Shown: positions 36,461 through 46,391, numbered from the stretch's first letter. The stretch is DNA of 64,000 nucleotides from Dehalococcoidia bacterium (GCA_965237595.1 CBDEFY010000006.1:168671-232670); one strand, 5' to 3'. Numbers and translations: made by a program. The notes: generated from the letters alone by a model not told the origin.

Positions 36461-38142
36461 TGAGCCTGTCTCAGAAGTCTGAACTGGCCATGGGTATGTC
36501 GTTGGGTGTATTTTCGAGGCGACATAAATTGGGGAGATGTTGAGATGCCGTTTCGAGAGATGGGCCGAGAGCAGATATGGATGTTGCCGCCGACGCTTGA
36601 CGAACTGTTGCCGTTGGACCATCCAGCGCGATTCGTGGCCGAGTTCGTTGACGCTTTGGACCGGGAGGACTGGGCGGAGCTTGGGGTAAAGATAGACGGG
36701 GAGGTGCTGGGAACGCCAGCCTACCATCCACGTGCGCTGTTGAGCGTGTGGCTGTACGGCTTCATGACCGGGGTGCGCTCGTGCCGGAAGCTGGAGGCGG
36801 CCTGCCGGGACCAGATACCATACCTGTGGCTGACCGGGTGGCAGCATCCTGACCACAACACCCTGTGGAGGTTCTACAAAGGGCATCGGCAGGCCATGAG
36901 GAAGCTGTTCGAGCGGACGGTGCGTATGGCAGTGACGATGAAGTTGGTGGACCTGGCGGTTCAGGCGGTGGATGGTACGAAGGTGGTCGCCAACGCGTCG
37001 CTGAACAGGAGCTACGACGCCGAGGGACTGCGTGGTCTGTTGGAGCGGCTGGAGCGTGCGATAGCCGACCTTGAGGCTCAGAACGAAGCGGGAGAAGACA
37101 CTGCTGTTGCCCATCTGCCTGAGGAGTTGGCTGACAAGGAGGTCTTGAGAGAGCAGGTGAGGCAGGCGATGGACGATCTCACGAGTCAGAAGCGCCACAA
37201 GCGCATCAACCTGACCGACCCAGACGCCAGGCTGATGAAGGGTAGGCAAGGCATCGTGGCTGGCTACAACGCTCAGGCTATGGTCTCACCCACAGAGACG
37301 GATGGGGGAGCGACCGGCATGTTGGTCACCGCCGTGGACGTGGTGGATGCAGCCAATGACAATGCCCTGCTGGTGCCGATGGTCGAGCAGGCCGAGGAGA
37401 CTATGGGGACGAAGTCGCAGATGACGTTGGCCGATGCCGGATACTTCGCCGCGAGTCACTTGGAAGAATGCGCCCGTCGAGATCAGCAGGTGGTAGTGTC
37501 GGAGTCGCGGCAACGGTTCCTCAAAGACCCATATCACAAGGACCGATTCACCTACGACGAGCAGAGCGACAGCTTTACGTGTCCGCAGGGACAGACGCTC
37601 AAGTTCGTTCGTATCCAACATACGCATGGAGTCCCGTTGCGTCTGTACCGGGCCTCCGGGGTCGTCTGCCAAGTGTGCCCAGCCTTCGGAGTCTGCACGA
37701 AGGCCAAAGAGATTGGGCGGAGCCTGGCGATAGGTCCGCATGACGCAGTGCTGCGCCGTCATCGTGCCTGGATGTCCACCTCAGCAGCTAGAGAGGCGTA
37801 CAAGCTGAGAAAGCAACTGGTCGAGCCTGTCTTCGGAATCATCAAGGAACAACAGGGGGCACGGAGATTCCTGCTGCGCGGCCTCGTTAACGTGGCGGCC
37901 GAGTGGACAATGCTGGCCACAGCCTTCAACCTGCGCACTCTCTGGCGGGTGTGGCGCTCAGCCCCTTCATCGGTCTATTTAATGGCCCGGAGCCTTGTCC
38001 CGTCTCCTGACCTGCAGTGATGACAGCAGCTGACCCATCGCTCCGTCGCCTGTCCTACCCGCTCAGGCCAGGGCCTTTCAGCGAACCCTTTGACCTCTAT
38101 CTGCTCCCCCTATCCGCAATTTCCACTTCTGGGACAGGCTCA
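36461..38142 (+). mobile_element. IS1182-family insertion sequence (1682 bp)
   Basis: 18-bp IR TGAGCCTGTCTCAGAAGT (36461-36478) versus reverse complement TGAGCCTGTCCCAGAAGT (38125-38142). Only a 2-bp GA duplication flanks it. It splits a GIY-YIG-like ORF that rejoins in frame. Confidence 0.8.
36545..38020 (+). CDS. IS1182-family DDE transposase
   Basis: LPPTLDELLPLDHPARFV..AYHPRALL.. is the DUF772-type N-terminus. DPDARLMKG, GYNAQAMV, LADAGY. C-terminal VEPVFGIIKEQQGARRFLLRGLVNVAAEW. Confidence 0.85.
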   Translation: MPFREMGREQIWMLPPTLDELLPLDHPARFVAEFVDALDREDWAELGVKIDGEVLGTPAYHPRALLSVWLYGFMTGVRSCRKLEAACRDQIPYLWLTGWQHPDHNTLWRFYKGHRQAMRKLFERTVRMAVTMKLVDLAVQAVDGTKVVANASLNRSYDAEGLRGLLERLERAIADLEAQNEAGEDTAVAHLPEELADKEVLREQVRQAMDDLTSQKRHKRINLTDPDARLMKGRQGIVAGYNAQAMVSPTETDGGATGMLVTAVDVVDAANDNALLVPMVEQAEETMGTKSQMTLADAGYFAASHLEECARRDQQVVVSESRQRFLKDPYHKDRFTYDEQSDSFTCPQGQTLKFVRIQHTHGVPLRLYRASGVVCQVCPAFGVCTKAKEIGRSLAIGPHDAVLRRHRAWMSTSAAREAYKLRKQLVEPVFGIIKEQQGARRFLLRGLVNVAAEWTMLATAFNLRTLWRVWRSAPSSVYLMARSLVPSPDLQ

Positions 38143-38310
38143 GATGTGAACAAAGTGATATTTCGTGGCGTCACTGACAACCTAGAACGGCGGGAGAAAG
38201 AACACCAAAAGACCTCGCCTGGCTCTCACATCGTGCAAGTTGGCCGCAGGACAACCAAGGCCGCCGCTCTAAGATGGGAGAAAGCGGTCACGTCCCGTCA
38301 AGTGGTGTAA
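38143..38310 (+). pseudogene. GIY-YIG nuclease-like small protein remnant (other piece at 36381-36460), hemmed in by IS3-D, IS1182 and IS256
   Basis: The rejoined sequence ..DTYKYHLRDVNKVIFRGVTDNLERREKEHQ.. resembles the GIY-YIG (YxY..G.T.NL.RR..EH) core. The 5' end is lost at the IS3-D junction, and the stop codon lies inside the IS256 IR. Confidence 0.5.
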
Positions 38311-39632
38311 GAGTGCGGCATCCTGTTGATGTTGTTTAGGTGGGTGTCGCCTCCGCGAGATCGGCCTCTGGAAGAGCTTCGTTGAAGGTCAGCACGACAG
38401 GTGTGATGTATCGACGGCCAACGGCCCATTCGTCGTGCTGCTCAGCCAGGACGGCGCCAACGAGGCGGCGCACGGCCGGCCGGTTAGGGAAGATGCCCAC
38501 CACATCGGTGCGTCGCCGGATCTCCTTGTTGAGACGCTCCTGTGGGTTGTTGGACCAGACCTTCTTCCAGTGGGCGAGTGGGAAGTTGGAGAAGGCCAGG
38601 AAGTCGGGTCCGGCCTCGTCCAGTAGAGAGGCGACCTGAGGGAACCGGTCCTGGAGTTGATCGGTCACCCTGTCGAGCTGGGCGTGTACCTCATCGGGGG
38701 AGGGTTGCTGGTAGATGGTGCGCACCATGGTGACTACCCATGGCTGGGCGCGCCTGGGGACCCGAGTGAGCAGGTTGGTCATGAAGTGGGTGCGGCACCG
38801 TTGCCAGCTGGCTCCGCCGAAGACTGCGGCGATGGCGCCTCGGAGTCCTTGATGAGCGTCCGATACCACCAGCTCCACCCCGCCGAGGCCCCTGGCGGAC
38901 AGCGAGCGTAGGAAGGCCAGCCAGAAGGCGCCGTCTTCACTCGTACCCACGTCCATCCCGATGATCTCCCGCTTGCCCTCGCCATTGACCGCCGTTGCCA
39001 CCACCACGCTGACGTTGACGATCCTGCCGGCCTCCCTGACCTTCTGGGTCAGTGCGTCCAGCCACAGGTAGGGGTAGGGTCCACCGCCCAGCGGACGGCC
39101 CATGAAGCCATCCACCACCACGTCCAGTTCCTGACAGATGCGCGACACCTGGCTCTTGGAGATACCCTCACACCCCAGGGCCTTGACCAGATCGTCCACC
39201 CGCCTTGTGGATACCCCTTCCACGTAGGCCTGCTGGATCACAGCCAGCAGAGCTCGCTCGCTGCGACGCCGTGGCTCCAGCAGGCTCGGGAAGTAGCTCC
39301 CTTCTCTGAGCTTCGGGATGTGCAGATCCATCGTCCCTACACGGGTATCCCACGCCCGGGACCGATACCCGTTGTGCTGGGTCACCCGCTCAGGGCTGCG
39401 TTCTCCATACTCAGCACCGATCCTCGATGACACCTCCGCATCCATGATCCCCTCTACCAGCACTCTCAGTGCCTCCCGTAGGAAGTCCACGTCGCGCAAT
39501 AGCTCCAGCAGGTCCATCCTTTCCTTGACCACTGTTGTCCTCCTTTCTCGAGCTTTCTTCTTTGCCCGCTAAGGATGACGCGGTGGTCTCTCTTTCTCCA
39601 GACCCTCTCCCTCTTACACCACTTCCTGGGAC
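38292..39632 (-). mobile_element. IS256-family insertion sequence (about 1341 bp; boundaries approximate, no TSD found)
   Basis: Imperfect IR GTCCCgtcAAGTGGTGTAAGAG (38292-38313) versus reverse complement GTCCCaggAAGTGGTGTAAGAG (39611-39632). The flanking 8-9-mers do not match. Confidence 0.65.
38336..39532 (-). CDS. IS256-family (Mutator-like) transposase
   Basis: RSRAWDTRVGTMDLHIPKLREGSYFPSLLEPRRR..YLWLDALTQKVRE..VSDAHQGLRGAI..WQRCRTHFMTNLL..NPQERLNKEIRRRT. Confidence 0.9.
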   Translation of the reverse strand: MVKERMDLLELLRDVDFLREALRVLVEGIMDAEVSSRIGAEYGERSPERVTQHNGYRSRAWDTRVGTMDLHIPKLREGSYFPSLLEPRRRSERALLAVIQQAYVEGVSTRRVDDLVKALGCEGISKSQVSRICQELDVVVDGFMGRPLGGGPYPYLWLDALTQKVREAGRIVNVSVVVATAVNGEGKREIIGMDVGTSEDGAFWLAFLRSLSARGLGGVELVVSDAHQGLRGAIAAVFGGASWQRCRTHFMTNLLTRVPRRAQPWVVTMVRTIYQQPSPDEVHAQLDRVTDQLQDRFPQVASLLDEAGPDFLAFSNFPLAHWKKVWSNNPQERLNKEIRRRTDVVGIFPNRPAVRRLVGAVLAEQHDEWAVGRRYITPVVLTFNEALPEADLAEATPT

Positions 39633-39769
39633 TCTACTACACCCGGCTGGTTCTCCAAGCGGTTGGGACGTACGGAGGGCTACCAAACGGGCTATTGGAA
39701 TGAACCGAGAAGCCCTGAAGGAGTTGGGGCGTCACTAGACGTAGCTACCGATTCCTCACTGCATATGAA

Positions 39770-40150
39770 GTGGAATCGGTAATTTTTGACCTGGCGTCCG
39801 AGGTTTACGCGGATTACCCTGACCCGATGCCCGCCTTTCAATACTTCGGCGGCGACTACGGCAGGGGCTTCTCGAATCCGCTCTTAGCGCGCCCGCGCAA
39901 ACGTATCAGGGCCGCTGGCTACGTCGAACCATCTTCGACAAAGCCGCAGATCTTTTTCGCTCGATAATCAAGAACCAATCTCTTGTCGATGGCAACAAGA
40001 GATTGGCCCTCACCTCCGTCGCGGTGTTCTTGAACCTCAATGGATATCTTCTAAATGTCCCAACCAACCAAGCGGTCGAATTCTCACTACAAAGTAGCCG
40101 CAACTCCAGGAAATTTCGATTTGGCGGAAATTTCCAGGTGGATTAGGTGA
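39770..40150 (+). pseudogene. Doc (Fic/DOC family) toxin-like pseudogene with at least two frameshifts
   Basis: Pieces lie in three frames: ..GGDYGRGFSNPLLARP.., ..IFDKAADLFRSIIKNQSLVDGNKRLALTSVAVFLNLNGY.., ..KVAATPGNFDLAEISRWIR*. About 150 bp is a close paralog of 34510-34660. Confidence 0.6.
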
Positions 40151-40251
40151 TATTCTGATCGGAGTTAACTCAACTCCGCGAGACCCTCTAATTCTGCCCG
40201 GGGTTGGCAATTCATCGTAGACTACGTTGGCTCCACCATACCTCTCAGTCA

Positions 40252-40959
40252 CTACCCAGCTACCCCAATAAACAGCCACGACCCGTACCCGCCCTCGTTG
40301 GGCGGCAGGGGCCGCAGTTCCACGGAGAACCCCGCCGCTTCCATGAGGCTGGTCCAGGTGTTGATGGCGAATAGACCCGTTACATGGGTGTCTACCTCCA
40401 CCGTGACTTTGCCGCTCCTCTTGATGGTGTAGGTGTAGGTCGATTCCACCTGGGTGTCCGATGGGTCCGGATCCACCATGACCTCTTCAATCTTGACCTC
40501 CATGTCGCCCCGCTGCCGGTCCCAGGTGTAGACCCATCCGTCGGGGAAGGTCTCCTCAACCCAGTCGGGGGCCACCATCAACACACCGCGGGGCCGCAGG
40601 TGGCACGCCGCCGTCTCAAATGTCCCTTGTAGGTCTTGCTCGGTCAGCAGATAGGAGGCCGCGTCGTGGATCAACACGGCGTCGAAGGTCTGCCCCAGAC
40701 GCACGTTTCGCATGTCTCCCAGGTGGTGTTCTATTCCTGGGTTGAGACCCTGGGATAGCGCCAGCATGTCCGGCGACAGGTCCACGGCGGTGCATCCAAA
40801 ATCTGCGGTCAGATGAGAAAGGGTGTGGCCGCCGCCTACCCCCAACTCCAGCAACCTGTGCCGTCCTGGTCCCAGCTTCTCCCGGATGGCGTCACGAAAA
40901 TGACCGGCCTCGCTGGCGTACTCTTCGGGCGGACTGATGATTGGCCAGAGATAGGCCAA
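40252..40959 (-). CDS. class I SAM-dependent methyltransferase
   Basis: RLLELGVGGGHTLSHL (motif I), AVDLSPDML, FDAVLIHDA. Confidence 0.7.
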   Translation of the reverse strand: MAYLWPIISPPEEYASEAGHFRDAIREKLGPGRHRLLELGVGGGHTLSHLTADFGCTAVDLSPDMLALSQGLNPGIEHHLGDMRNVRLGQTFDAVLIHDAASYLLTEQDLQGTFETAACHLRPRGVLMVAPDWVEETFPDGWVYTWDRQRGDMEVKIEEVMVDPDPSDTQVESTYTYTIKRSGKVTVEVDTHVTGLFAINTWTSLMEAAGFSVELRPLPPNEGGYGSWLFIGVAG

Positions 40960-41018
40960 TTCATAATAGAGTCGGATGGTTCTTGCCCCCGGACGGATTT
41001 AGCCTATATGGAGTCAAC

Positions 41019-41372
41019 TTATTGGGGTGTGAGGCCATCCAGCAGCCGGAGGACCGCGTCGCCGACGGTAAAGAAACTGAACCCCGCTTGAACGGCCACA
41101 CGGCGGTCTGTCTCGGTGTCGCCAACGTGGAAATACTCCTCGGCTGGGAACTGTTCTTTGACCTCATTAAGCCGGTGCTTCAGGACCGTGAACTCCACCG
41201 CGATGCCGTGGTCCTGCCAGATGCGCTGCTGTTCGCTCACGGTGCGGTCGGAGCAACTGCCAATCAGGTAGCCCAGGCTCTTCGCCTGCCGCACCATCTC
41301 CATGGTTATACCGCCGGGCGGGTCGCCCACCTCGAGTGTCCCGTCGATGTCGAAACTGATTAGTTTGGCCAA
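41019..41372 (-). CDS. small HAD-superfamily hydrolase
   Basis: LISFDIDGTL is HAD motif I (DxDGT); VGDTETD is motif IV. Confidence 0.65.
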   Translation of the reverse strand: MAKLISFDIDGTLEVGDPPGGITMEMVRQAKSLGYLIGSCSDRTVSEQQRIWQDHGIAVEFTVLKHRLNEVKEQFPAEEYFHVGDTETDRRVAVQAGFSFFTVGDAVLRLLDGLTPQ

Positions 41373-41385
41373 TTGCCCGCCCCGG

Positions 41386-41429
41386 TTTAGCCCGCGTCTG
41401 TTTTACCCGCGTTTGTTTACCCGCGTTTG
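41386..41429. repeat. tandem repeat, about 14-bp unit (TTTACCCGCGTTTG x2 plus a degenerate third copy)
   Basis: tttagcccgcgtctgt / tttacccgcgtttg / tttacccgcgtttg, filling the 58-bp spacer between the HAD gene start and the upstream DUF35 gene stop. Confidence 0.85.
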
Positions 41430-41430
41430 T

Positions 41431-41934
41431 TTAAATGGAGTGCTGCCAGGTTTCGCCCTGGGGCGGTTCGCCAGACAACTTGAACTGGGGGATGCTGATG
41501 CCGTCCGGCTCGTCGTCGAAGATTACCTCCACCCGCTTGCCGATGGCCACATTCTCCTCTTTCTCCGGCTTTAGGTCGCCGTCCAGCAGATTGGCGGTGA
41601 TTCGGAGGCCGTCGTCAGGAGTGGGCTGGCCGCTCTGTTCGTCCAGTTCCACCAGCACGATGGCAAAGGGGGCCATGTCACGGAAACTGGGAATAACGGT
41701 GTGGGCGACTACCTGATAGCTATAGATGGTCCCCTTGCCGCTCACTTCCTGCCAGTCCCATTCCAGGGAGGGACACCAGGGGCAGCCGGGCCCGGGTTCG
41801 CCGCGCAGCAGACCGCAGGCGCGGCATTTCTTGACCACCAGCTTGTGCTCGGCGGCGGCCTCGAAGTAGCCGCGGTACTCGCTGTCGTTGTCGGGAATAT
41901 CCAGGCGTTGGCCCCTATATTCGTAAACAGCCAT
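41431..41934 (-). CDS. Zn-ribbon/OB-fold protein (DUF35 family), thiolase partner
   Basis: CRACGLL..CPWCPS rubredoxin-like ribbon followed by GKGTIYSYQVV..PFAIVLVELDE OB fold. GAGGAGG upstream of MAVYEY. It sits directly downstream of an SCP-x-type thiolase. Confidence 0.75.
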   Translation of the reverse strand: MAVYEYRGQRLDIPDNDSEYRGYFEAAAEHKLVVKKCRACGLLRGEPGPGCPWCPSLEWDWQEVSGKGTIYSYQVVAHTVIPSFRDMAPFAIVLVELDEQSGQPTPDDGLRITANLLDGDLKPEKEENVAIGKRVEVIFDDEPDGISIPQFKLSGEPPQGETWQHSI

Positions 41935-41977
41935 GACAGCTACCTCCTCATCCAATCTTCGTACACTGCCATAACGG

Positions 41978-43198
41978 TTACCTCCTCATGATGAGGGCGC
42001 TGCCCACGGCAGGCGTGCCCCATCCCATGTTCATGCTAATCTCGGCATCCTTCACCTGCCGGCAGCCGCCCTCCGAGTAGTCATAGGTGTGCTCTCCGGA
42101 AGCGGCGTTGGGGCAATAATCGTCAGCCGTGCCCCGGAGTTGCCGCACGTTCTCGATGACCATGTTCATCCCGTGGGTGTAGCCCTCGCAGAGGTGGCCC
42201 CCGCTGGTGTTGTTGGGACGTTTGCCACCCAGGTTGATAACCCCACTGGTTACGTAGTCCTTGCCCTCGCCTTTCTTGCACCAGCCGTAGTCCTCAAATT
42301 GGAGCAGAACGGTGTAGGTGAAGGCGTCGTAGCAGCCGGTGACGTCGATGTCGTCGTGGGTAACCCCGGCCAGCTCCAAGATGCGGGGGCCGACATAGTG
42401 GCCCGCCACGCGGCTTAGCGGCCCGTGTTGGAAATGGAAGTCGCCGCCGGGTTTGGTGCCCCTCCCTTGTGCTCCCAGTATGTGGACCGGGGTTTGGCGC
42501 AGGTTGGCGGCCCGCTCCGCGGAGGTGACAATCACGCAGGTGGCATTGTCGGTCTCCAGACAACAGTCCAGAAGATGGGCCACCGGACGGATAATCCAGC
42601 GGGAATCCATGACGTCTTCCACGGTCACCCTCTGTTTCATCAGGGCCTTGGGGTTGTTGCTGGCATGGTTGCTGTGGGCCACCTTGATGTGGGCTAGGTC
42701 CTCGCTCTTCACTCCGTACTCAGACATGTGCTTCGTGAAATTGAAGGCGAAGTTCTGGACGGCGCTAATCAGGCCATAGGGGCGTTTCATCAGGTCGAGG
42801 CCGGATATGCCCGAAGCAGCCCTGGCGCCGGTGCCGCCGATCCGAATATTGGAATACCCGTTCATGGACCGGAATACGGCCACGGTGTCGCACATACCGG
42901 CCTCGATGGCGCCCATGGCCAGGCCAACCAAGGCCTCGGTGCTTGAACCGCCGCCGGAACAGTCCATGTAGAAGTTGGGCCTGAGTCCCAAGTCGTACAT
43001 GATGGACGTTGACGGCGTGGAATCCCCACCGTGGTAGCTGAGCATTCCGTCCACTTCCTGGGAGTTCAACCCCGCGTCGTCCATGGCCCTCCGGATGGCT
43101 TCTGCGCCCATGGCCCTGGTGCTCCGTCCGGAGCCGCGGCTGTACTCTGTCTCGCCGATACCGGCGATGGCGTATTTACCCCTAAGCCTGGTCTCCAA
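41978..43198 (-). CDS. thiolase-like protein (SCP-x / lipid-transfer type)
   Basis: Thiolase fold pattern (..DCSGGGSS.., ..GGHLCEGYTHGMN..) and pairing with the DUF35 gene. Confidence 0.75.
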   Translation of the reverse strand: METRLRGKYAIAGIGETEYSRGSGRSTRAMGAEAIRRAMDDAGLNSQEVDGMLSYHGGDSTPSTSIMYDLGLRPNFYMDCSGGGSSTEALVGLAMGAIEAGMCDTVAVFRSMNGYSNIRIGGTGARAASGISGLDLMKRPYGLISAVQNFAFNFTKHMSEYGVKSEDLAHIKVAHSNHASNNPKALMKQRVTVEDVMDSRWIIRPVAHLLDCCLETDNATCVIVTSAERAANLRQTPVHILGAQGRGTKPGGDFHFQHGPLSRVAGHYVGPRILELAGVTHDDIDVTGCYDAFTYTVLLQFEDYGWCKKGEGKDYVTSGVINLGGKRPNNTSGGHLCEGYTHGMNMVIENVRQLRGTADDYCPNAASGEHTYDYSEGGCRQVKDAEISMNMGWGTPAVGSALIMRR

Positions 43199-43309
43199 TA
43201 TGTCTCCTAATCACTGGCGTCTCCAACCGAAAATCAAGGCTGGGAAAGCGAGCCGTATTATGGGTCTTGGGCCCTTTTTTGACAATTGCCGTGGTGGCTG
43301 CAGTACTGT

Positions 43310-44536
43310 TTAATCAAAGGCCCCCGCGATGGCCATCTCCGCCAGTTCTTCGTCGTCCATGCCGAGTACTTCCCTGAGCACATAGGTCTGGTCCGCGCCA
43401 AAGTCCGGGGCTCCCTTGGTCACCTTTCCCGGCGTGCGGGACAACTTGTGAGGCGCCCTCTCGATGGTTCGCAGCACGCCGGCGGCGTCCGGGACCTTCT
43501 GGAACAACTGCCGCTCTCTCAACTGCGGGTCATTCTCGGCCAAGTCCTGGCCGGTCTGCACCACTCCGGCGGCAACTCCGGCCGCTTGCAAGAGGTGCAT
43601 CGCTTCTTCGGCGTTCTGCTCCACGGTCCATGAACCAACCAATTCGTCCAGCTCGTCGGCATGGCTTAGCCGCAATTCCGCGGTTGCGAAGCGTTGGTCC
43701 GAAGCCCATCCGGGAGAGCCTATTGCGCAGACGAATGCGTACCAATCGTCGTCGGTGAAAACGGTGATGGTCAACCAGCGGTCCTCTCCCTGGCAGCGGT
43801 AGGCCCCGTGGGGAGCGCCGCCGCCGTGGGGCAACCGGTTGCCCGTGCGCTGCACTTGGGCTTTATTGGCGCTCAGTTCCAGGACAAGGGGTCCCAGCAA
43901 CGAAGATAGGGCCTCCATCTGGGAGAGGTCGATCCATTGGCCCTGTCCCGTGCGCGCCCGGTGGATCAGCGCCAGCAAGACTGCCTGGGCGCCGGCCATG
44001 CCGGCCACCGCGTCGCTATAGGCGCTGGCCGGCCCGCTTGGCCTGGTGTCGGGAAATCCTGTCAGGTCGGTCAACCCGGACCAGGCTTGGAGTGTCTGGC
44101 CGTAGCTGACCCGGTCTTTCCAGGGCCCGGTGCGTCCGAATCCCGACATGCTCAACATGATGATTTCTGGCCTGATTTTGCGTAGGCTCTCGAAGTCCAA
44201 GCCCCAGCCCGGCATCACCCGGCCGCTGAAGTTCTCGGCGACCACGTCGGAAACGGCCACCAATCGTGTGGCCAGTTCTTTTCCGGCGTCGGTCTTCATG
44301 TTAAGCGAGATGGACAGTTTTCCGGCGTTCCAGTTGTGACGCTGTCCCAGGCCCCGGTCGGTGTTGGACGCGGGGCCGCCCACCACCGAGAGGGCCTGGT
44401 TGGACTCCACCTTGATTACCTGGGCCCCTTGGTCGGCCAGTATCCTCGTAGCCGAGGGACCGGCATGTATCCAGGTAAAGTCCAAGACCCGGATGCCGTT
44501 CAATGCTAGAGCGCCATCTTCCGGATGTGCGTCCAT
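43310..44536 (-). CDS. family III CoA-transferase (CaiB/BaiF)
   Basis: LNGIRVLDFTWIHAGPSATRILADQGAQVIKVE.. Start at MDAHPEDG, 1 nt after the upstream stop. Confidence 0.85.
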   Translation of the reverse strand: MDAHPEDGALALNGIRVLDFTWIHAGPSATRILADQGAQVIKVESNQALSVVGGPASNTDRGLGQRHNWNAGKLSISLNMKTDAGKELATRLVAVSDVVAENFSGRVMPGWGLDFESLRKIRPEIIMLSMSGFGRTGPWKDRVSYGQTLQAWSGLTDLTGFPDTRPSGPASAYSDAVAGMAGAQAVLLALIHRARTGQGQWIDLSQMEALSSLLGPLVLELSANKAQVQRTGNRLPHGGGAPHGAYRCQGEDRWLTITVFTDDDWYAFVCAIGSPGWASDQRFATAELRLSHADELDELVGSWTVEQNAEEAMHLLQAAGVAAGVVQTGQDLAENDPQLRERQLFQKVPDAAGVLRTIERAPHKLSRTPGKVTKGAPDFGADQTYVLREVLGMDDEELAEMAIAGAFD

Positions 44537-44537
44537 G

Positions 44538-45767
44538 TCAGATGGTCCCGACCTTTGCCAAGTCCTGTAATTCTTCTTCCGACAACCCCAATTCATCGCA
44601 GTAGACCTGGCGGTTGTGCTGGCCCACCTGAGGCGCAGACGAGACGAACCGCCAACCCGATTCACTCAGCTTGTAAGGAGCGCCGGGATACACCACTTTT
44701 CCGCCATTTTGACGGTCTTCCACTTCAAAGAAGAACCCGCGGTCCCAGAGCTGCTCGTTGTCCAGCAGTTCGTTGGCAGTCGCCACCGGACCCCAAGGAT
44801 GATGATTGGCCTGTCCCCACTCGGTAATCTCTTGGCGGGTATGGGTCAGCGTCCAGGCCTCAATCAGCTCCTCGATATGAGAGGAATGTTCCCCTCGGAG
44901 GATGAACCGGTCACCGTATTTTTCGTCCATCAGGTCGCCGCCCATGCCGTCACGGTCCATCCAAGCCCGCAGGTCGTGCCACGCTTGCTGGGTGTTGGTG
45001 GTGATGCTCACGTAACCGTCGCGGCACTGCCAGGTTGCCACGAACTGGCCGCCGTGGCGGAAACCACAGCGGACGGCGGACTCTCCGGTGTAGTTATAGG
45101 TGGTGTTCACGTGCTCGGTGGTCGTGGCCACGGCTTCCTGCATGGACACGTCCACATGCTGGCCTTGCCCGGTGGCCAAGCGGTGGTATAGGCCGATTAG
45201 GATACCGATGAACGCCCGGTTGGAGGTGGTGTGATATGCCTGGGAGCCCCAGAGTTTGTTGGGCGGAGTGTGCGGCCACCCGGTGACATACATATAGCCG
45301 CCCATGGCAAACCCAACCAGGTCGCTGGCCCGGTATTCCCGGTATGGGCCGGTCTGCCCAAAGGGGGTCAGGGAGGCGTAGACCAACCCCGGGTTATTCT
45401 CGCTGAGATTGGCGTACCCCAAACCAAGGGAGTCCAGGTATCCCGGTTGAAAAGTCTCCAGAAATACGTCGGTGTTTCCGGCTAGTCGCCGGAGCAAGGC
45501 GTTGCCGGAGTCGGATGCGATATCCAGGGTGACACTGCGCTTGTTGGTGTTGTAGTGCCGCCAGTGGATGCTGTTTTCAGGCGGCTCGGCATGATCGACA
45601 AAAGGCCCGGTGCGGCGCATGGGGTCGCCGCCGGGAGGCTCCACTTTGATTACGTCCGCACCCACGTCGGCCAGCAGCTTGCCGCAGTAAACGCCCATCT
45701 CGCCGGACAGGTCCAAGACCCGGATCCCGGTCAGAGGTTGGGCGTCGCCCCCGCCCGGTTCCAGCAA
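44538..45767 (-). CDS. family III CoA-transferase (CaiB/BaiF)
   Basis: LTGIRVLDLSGEMGVYCGKLLADVGADVIKVEPPGGDPMR. Confidence 0.85.
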   Translation of the reverse strand: MLEPGGGDAQPLTGIRVLDLSGEMGVYCGKLLADVGADVIKVEPPGGDPMRRTGPFVDHAEPPENSIHWRHYNTNKRSVTLDIASDSGNALLRRLAGNTDVFLETFQPGYLDSLGLGYANLSENNPGLVYASLTPFGQTGPYREYRASDLVGFAMGGYMYVTGWPHTPPNKLWGSQAYHTTSNRAFIGILIGLYHRLATGQGQHVDVSMQEAVATTTEHVNTTYNYTGESAVRCGFRHGGQFVATWQCRDGYVSITTNTQQAWHDLRAWMDRDGMGGDLMDEKYGDRFILRGEHSSHIEELIEAWTLTHTRQEITEWGQANHHPWGPVATANELLDNEQLWDRGFFFEVEDRQNGGKVVYPGAPYKLSESGWRFVSSAPQVGQHNRQVYCDELGLSEEELQDLAKVGTI

Positions 45768-45771
45768 GACA

Positions 45772-45888
45772 CTACCGCCGAGGCCCCAGGTCTTTCTGCA
45801 AGTCTGCGATGGTCTGGTGCCTGGTCTTCTTCTGCCAGTGGACCCGCTGATTGATGGGCACGTTCTCGATCTCGGGCGTTACCTTCAT
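45772..45888 (-). pseudogene. orphan 3'-end remnant (38 codons) of a TPP-decarboxylase beta-subunit gene
   Basis: MKVTPEIENVPINQRVHWQKKTRHQTIADLQKDLGPRR* aligns with the C-terminus of 49526-50116 (MKVVPEIENVPINQRVRWQKKTRDQTIADLQKDLGPRKS*). 111 bp align without gaps, with about 10 mismatches. Confidence 0.8.
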
Positions 45889-46097
45889 ATCGGCACTCTC
45901 GTCTCGGTGTATTGACAGCAAACCGTACCTAAGCTAGACTCAAAGTATCACCATGAGGGGGCACGCCTAAGGTTCGTCCGAAGGATACTCCCTCTTTTTT
46001 TGTCACCCAAGTTTCTGCCTCAGCCCGTCAAGATAGTCGATATACCTTGTTCTGAATCTCCGCAACAATGCGGAGTATTTTTCTACGGAATAAGTAG

Positions 46098-46391
46098 TTA
46101 GGGGCTTGGAGGTTCTAATGGCGGCATTTGATACCAGAGACGCTCGGCTTCAGCGATGGTGGTTTCCAATTTTTGAATCAACGACCGAGCATCAGACAGA
46201 AGTAAAGGCAATACAATGGGGATATGTAATCTGCCTGCCCCCTTCCCAACTTGCAAATCTATCTTACCCCTCAGAGCTACCATGGGCTCAGACTCCAGCG
46301 CCAGATAGCCCTGACGATGCACAAACATGACCTCAACATCCTGTAGGATTTCAGATAAGAGATCGTTGAACTCTGGACCTTGTTCGTTCAT
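46098..46391 (-). CDS. small hypothetical protein (97 aa), last gene of the transposon operon
   Basis: Its start overlaps the methyltransferase stop (ATGA). The ORF ends inside the left IR. No recognisable motif. Confidence 0.45.
   Translation of the reverse strand: MNEQGPEFNDLLSEILQDVEVMFVHRQGYLALESEPMVALRGKIDLQVGKGAGRLHIPIVLPLLLSDARSLIQKLETTIAEAERLWYQMPPLEPPSP

Noticed and set aside
9803-41429. Tandem repeats at 9803, 22401 and 41386 considered as CRISPR-like arrays.
   Set aside because: The units are 10-14 bp and directly abutting with no spacers, and there are no cas genes. They are simple tandem repeats.
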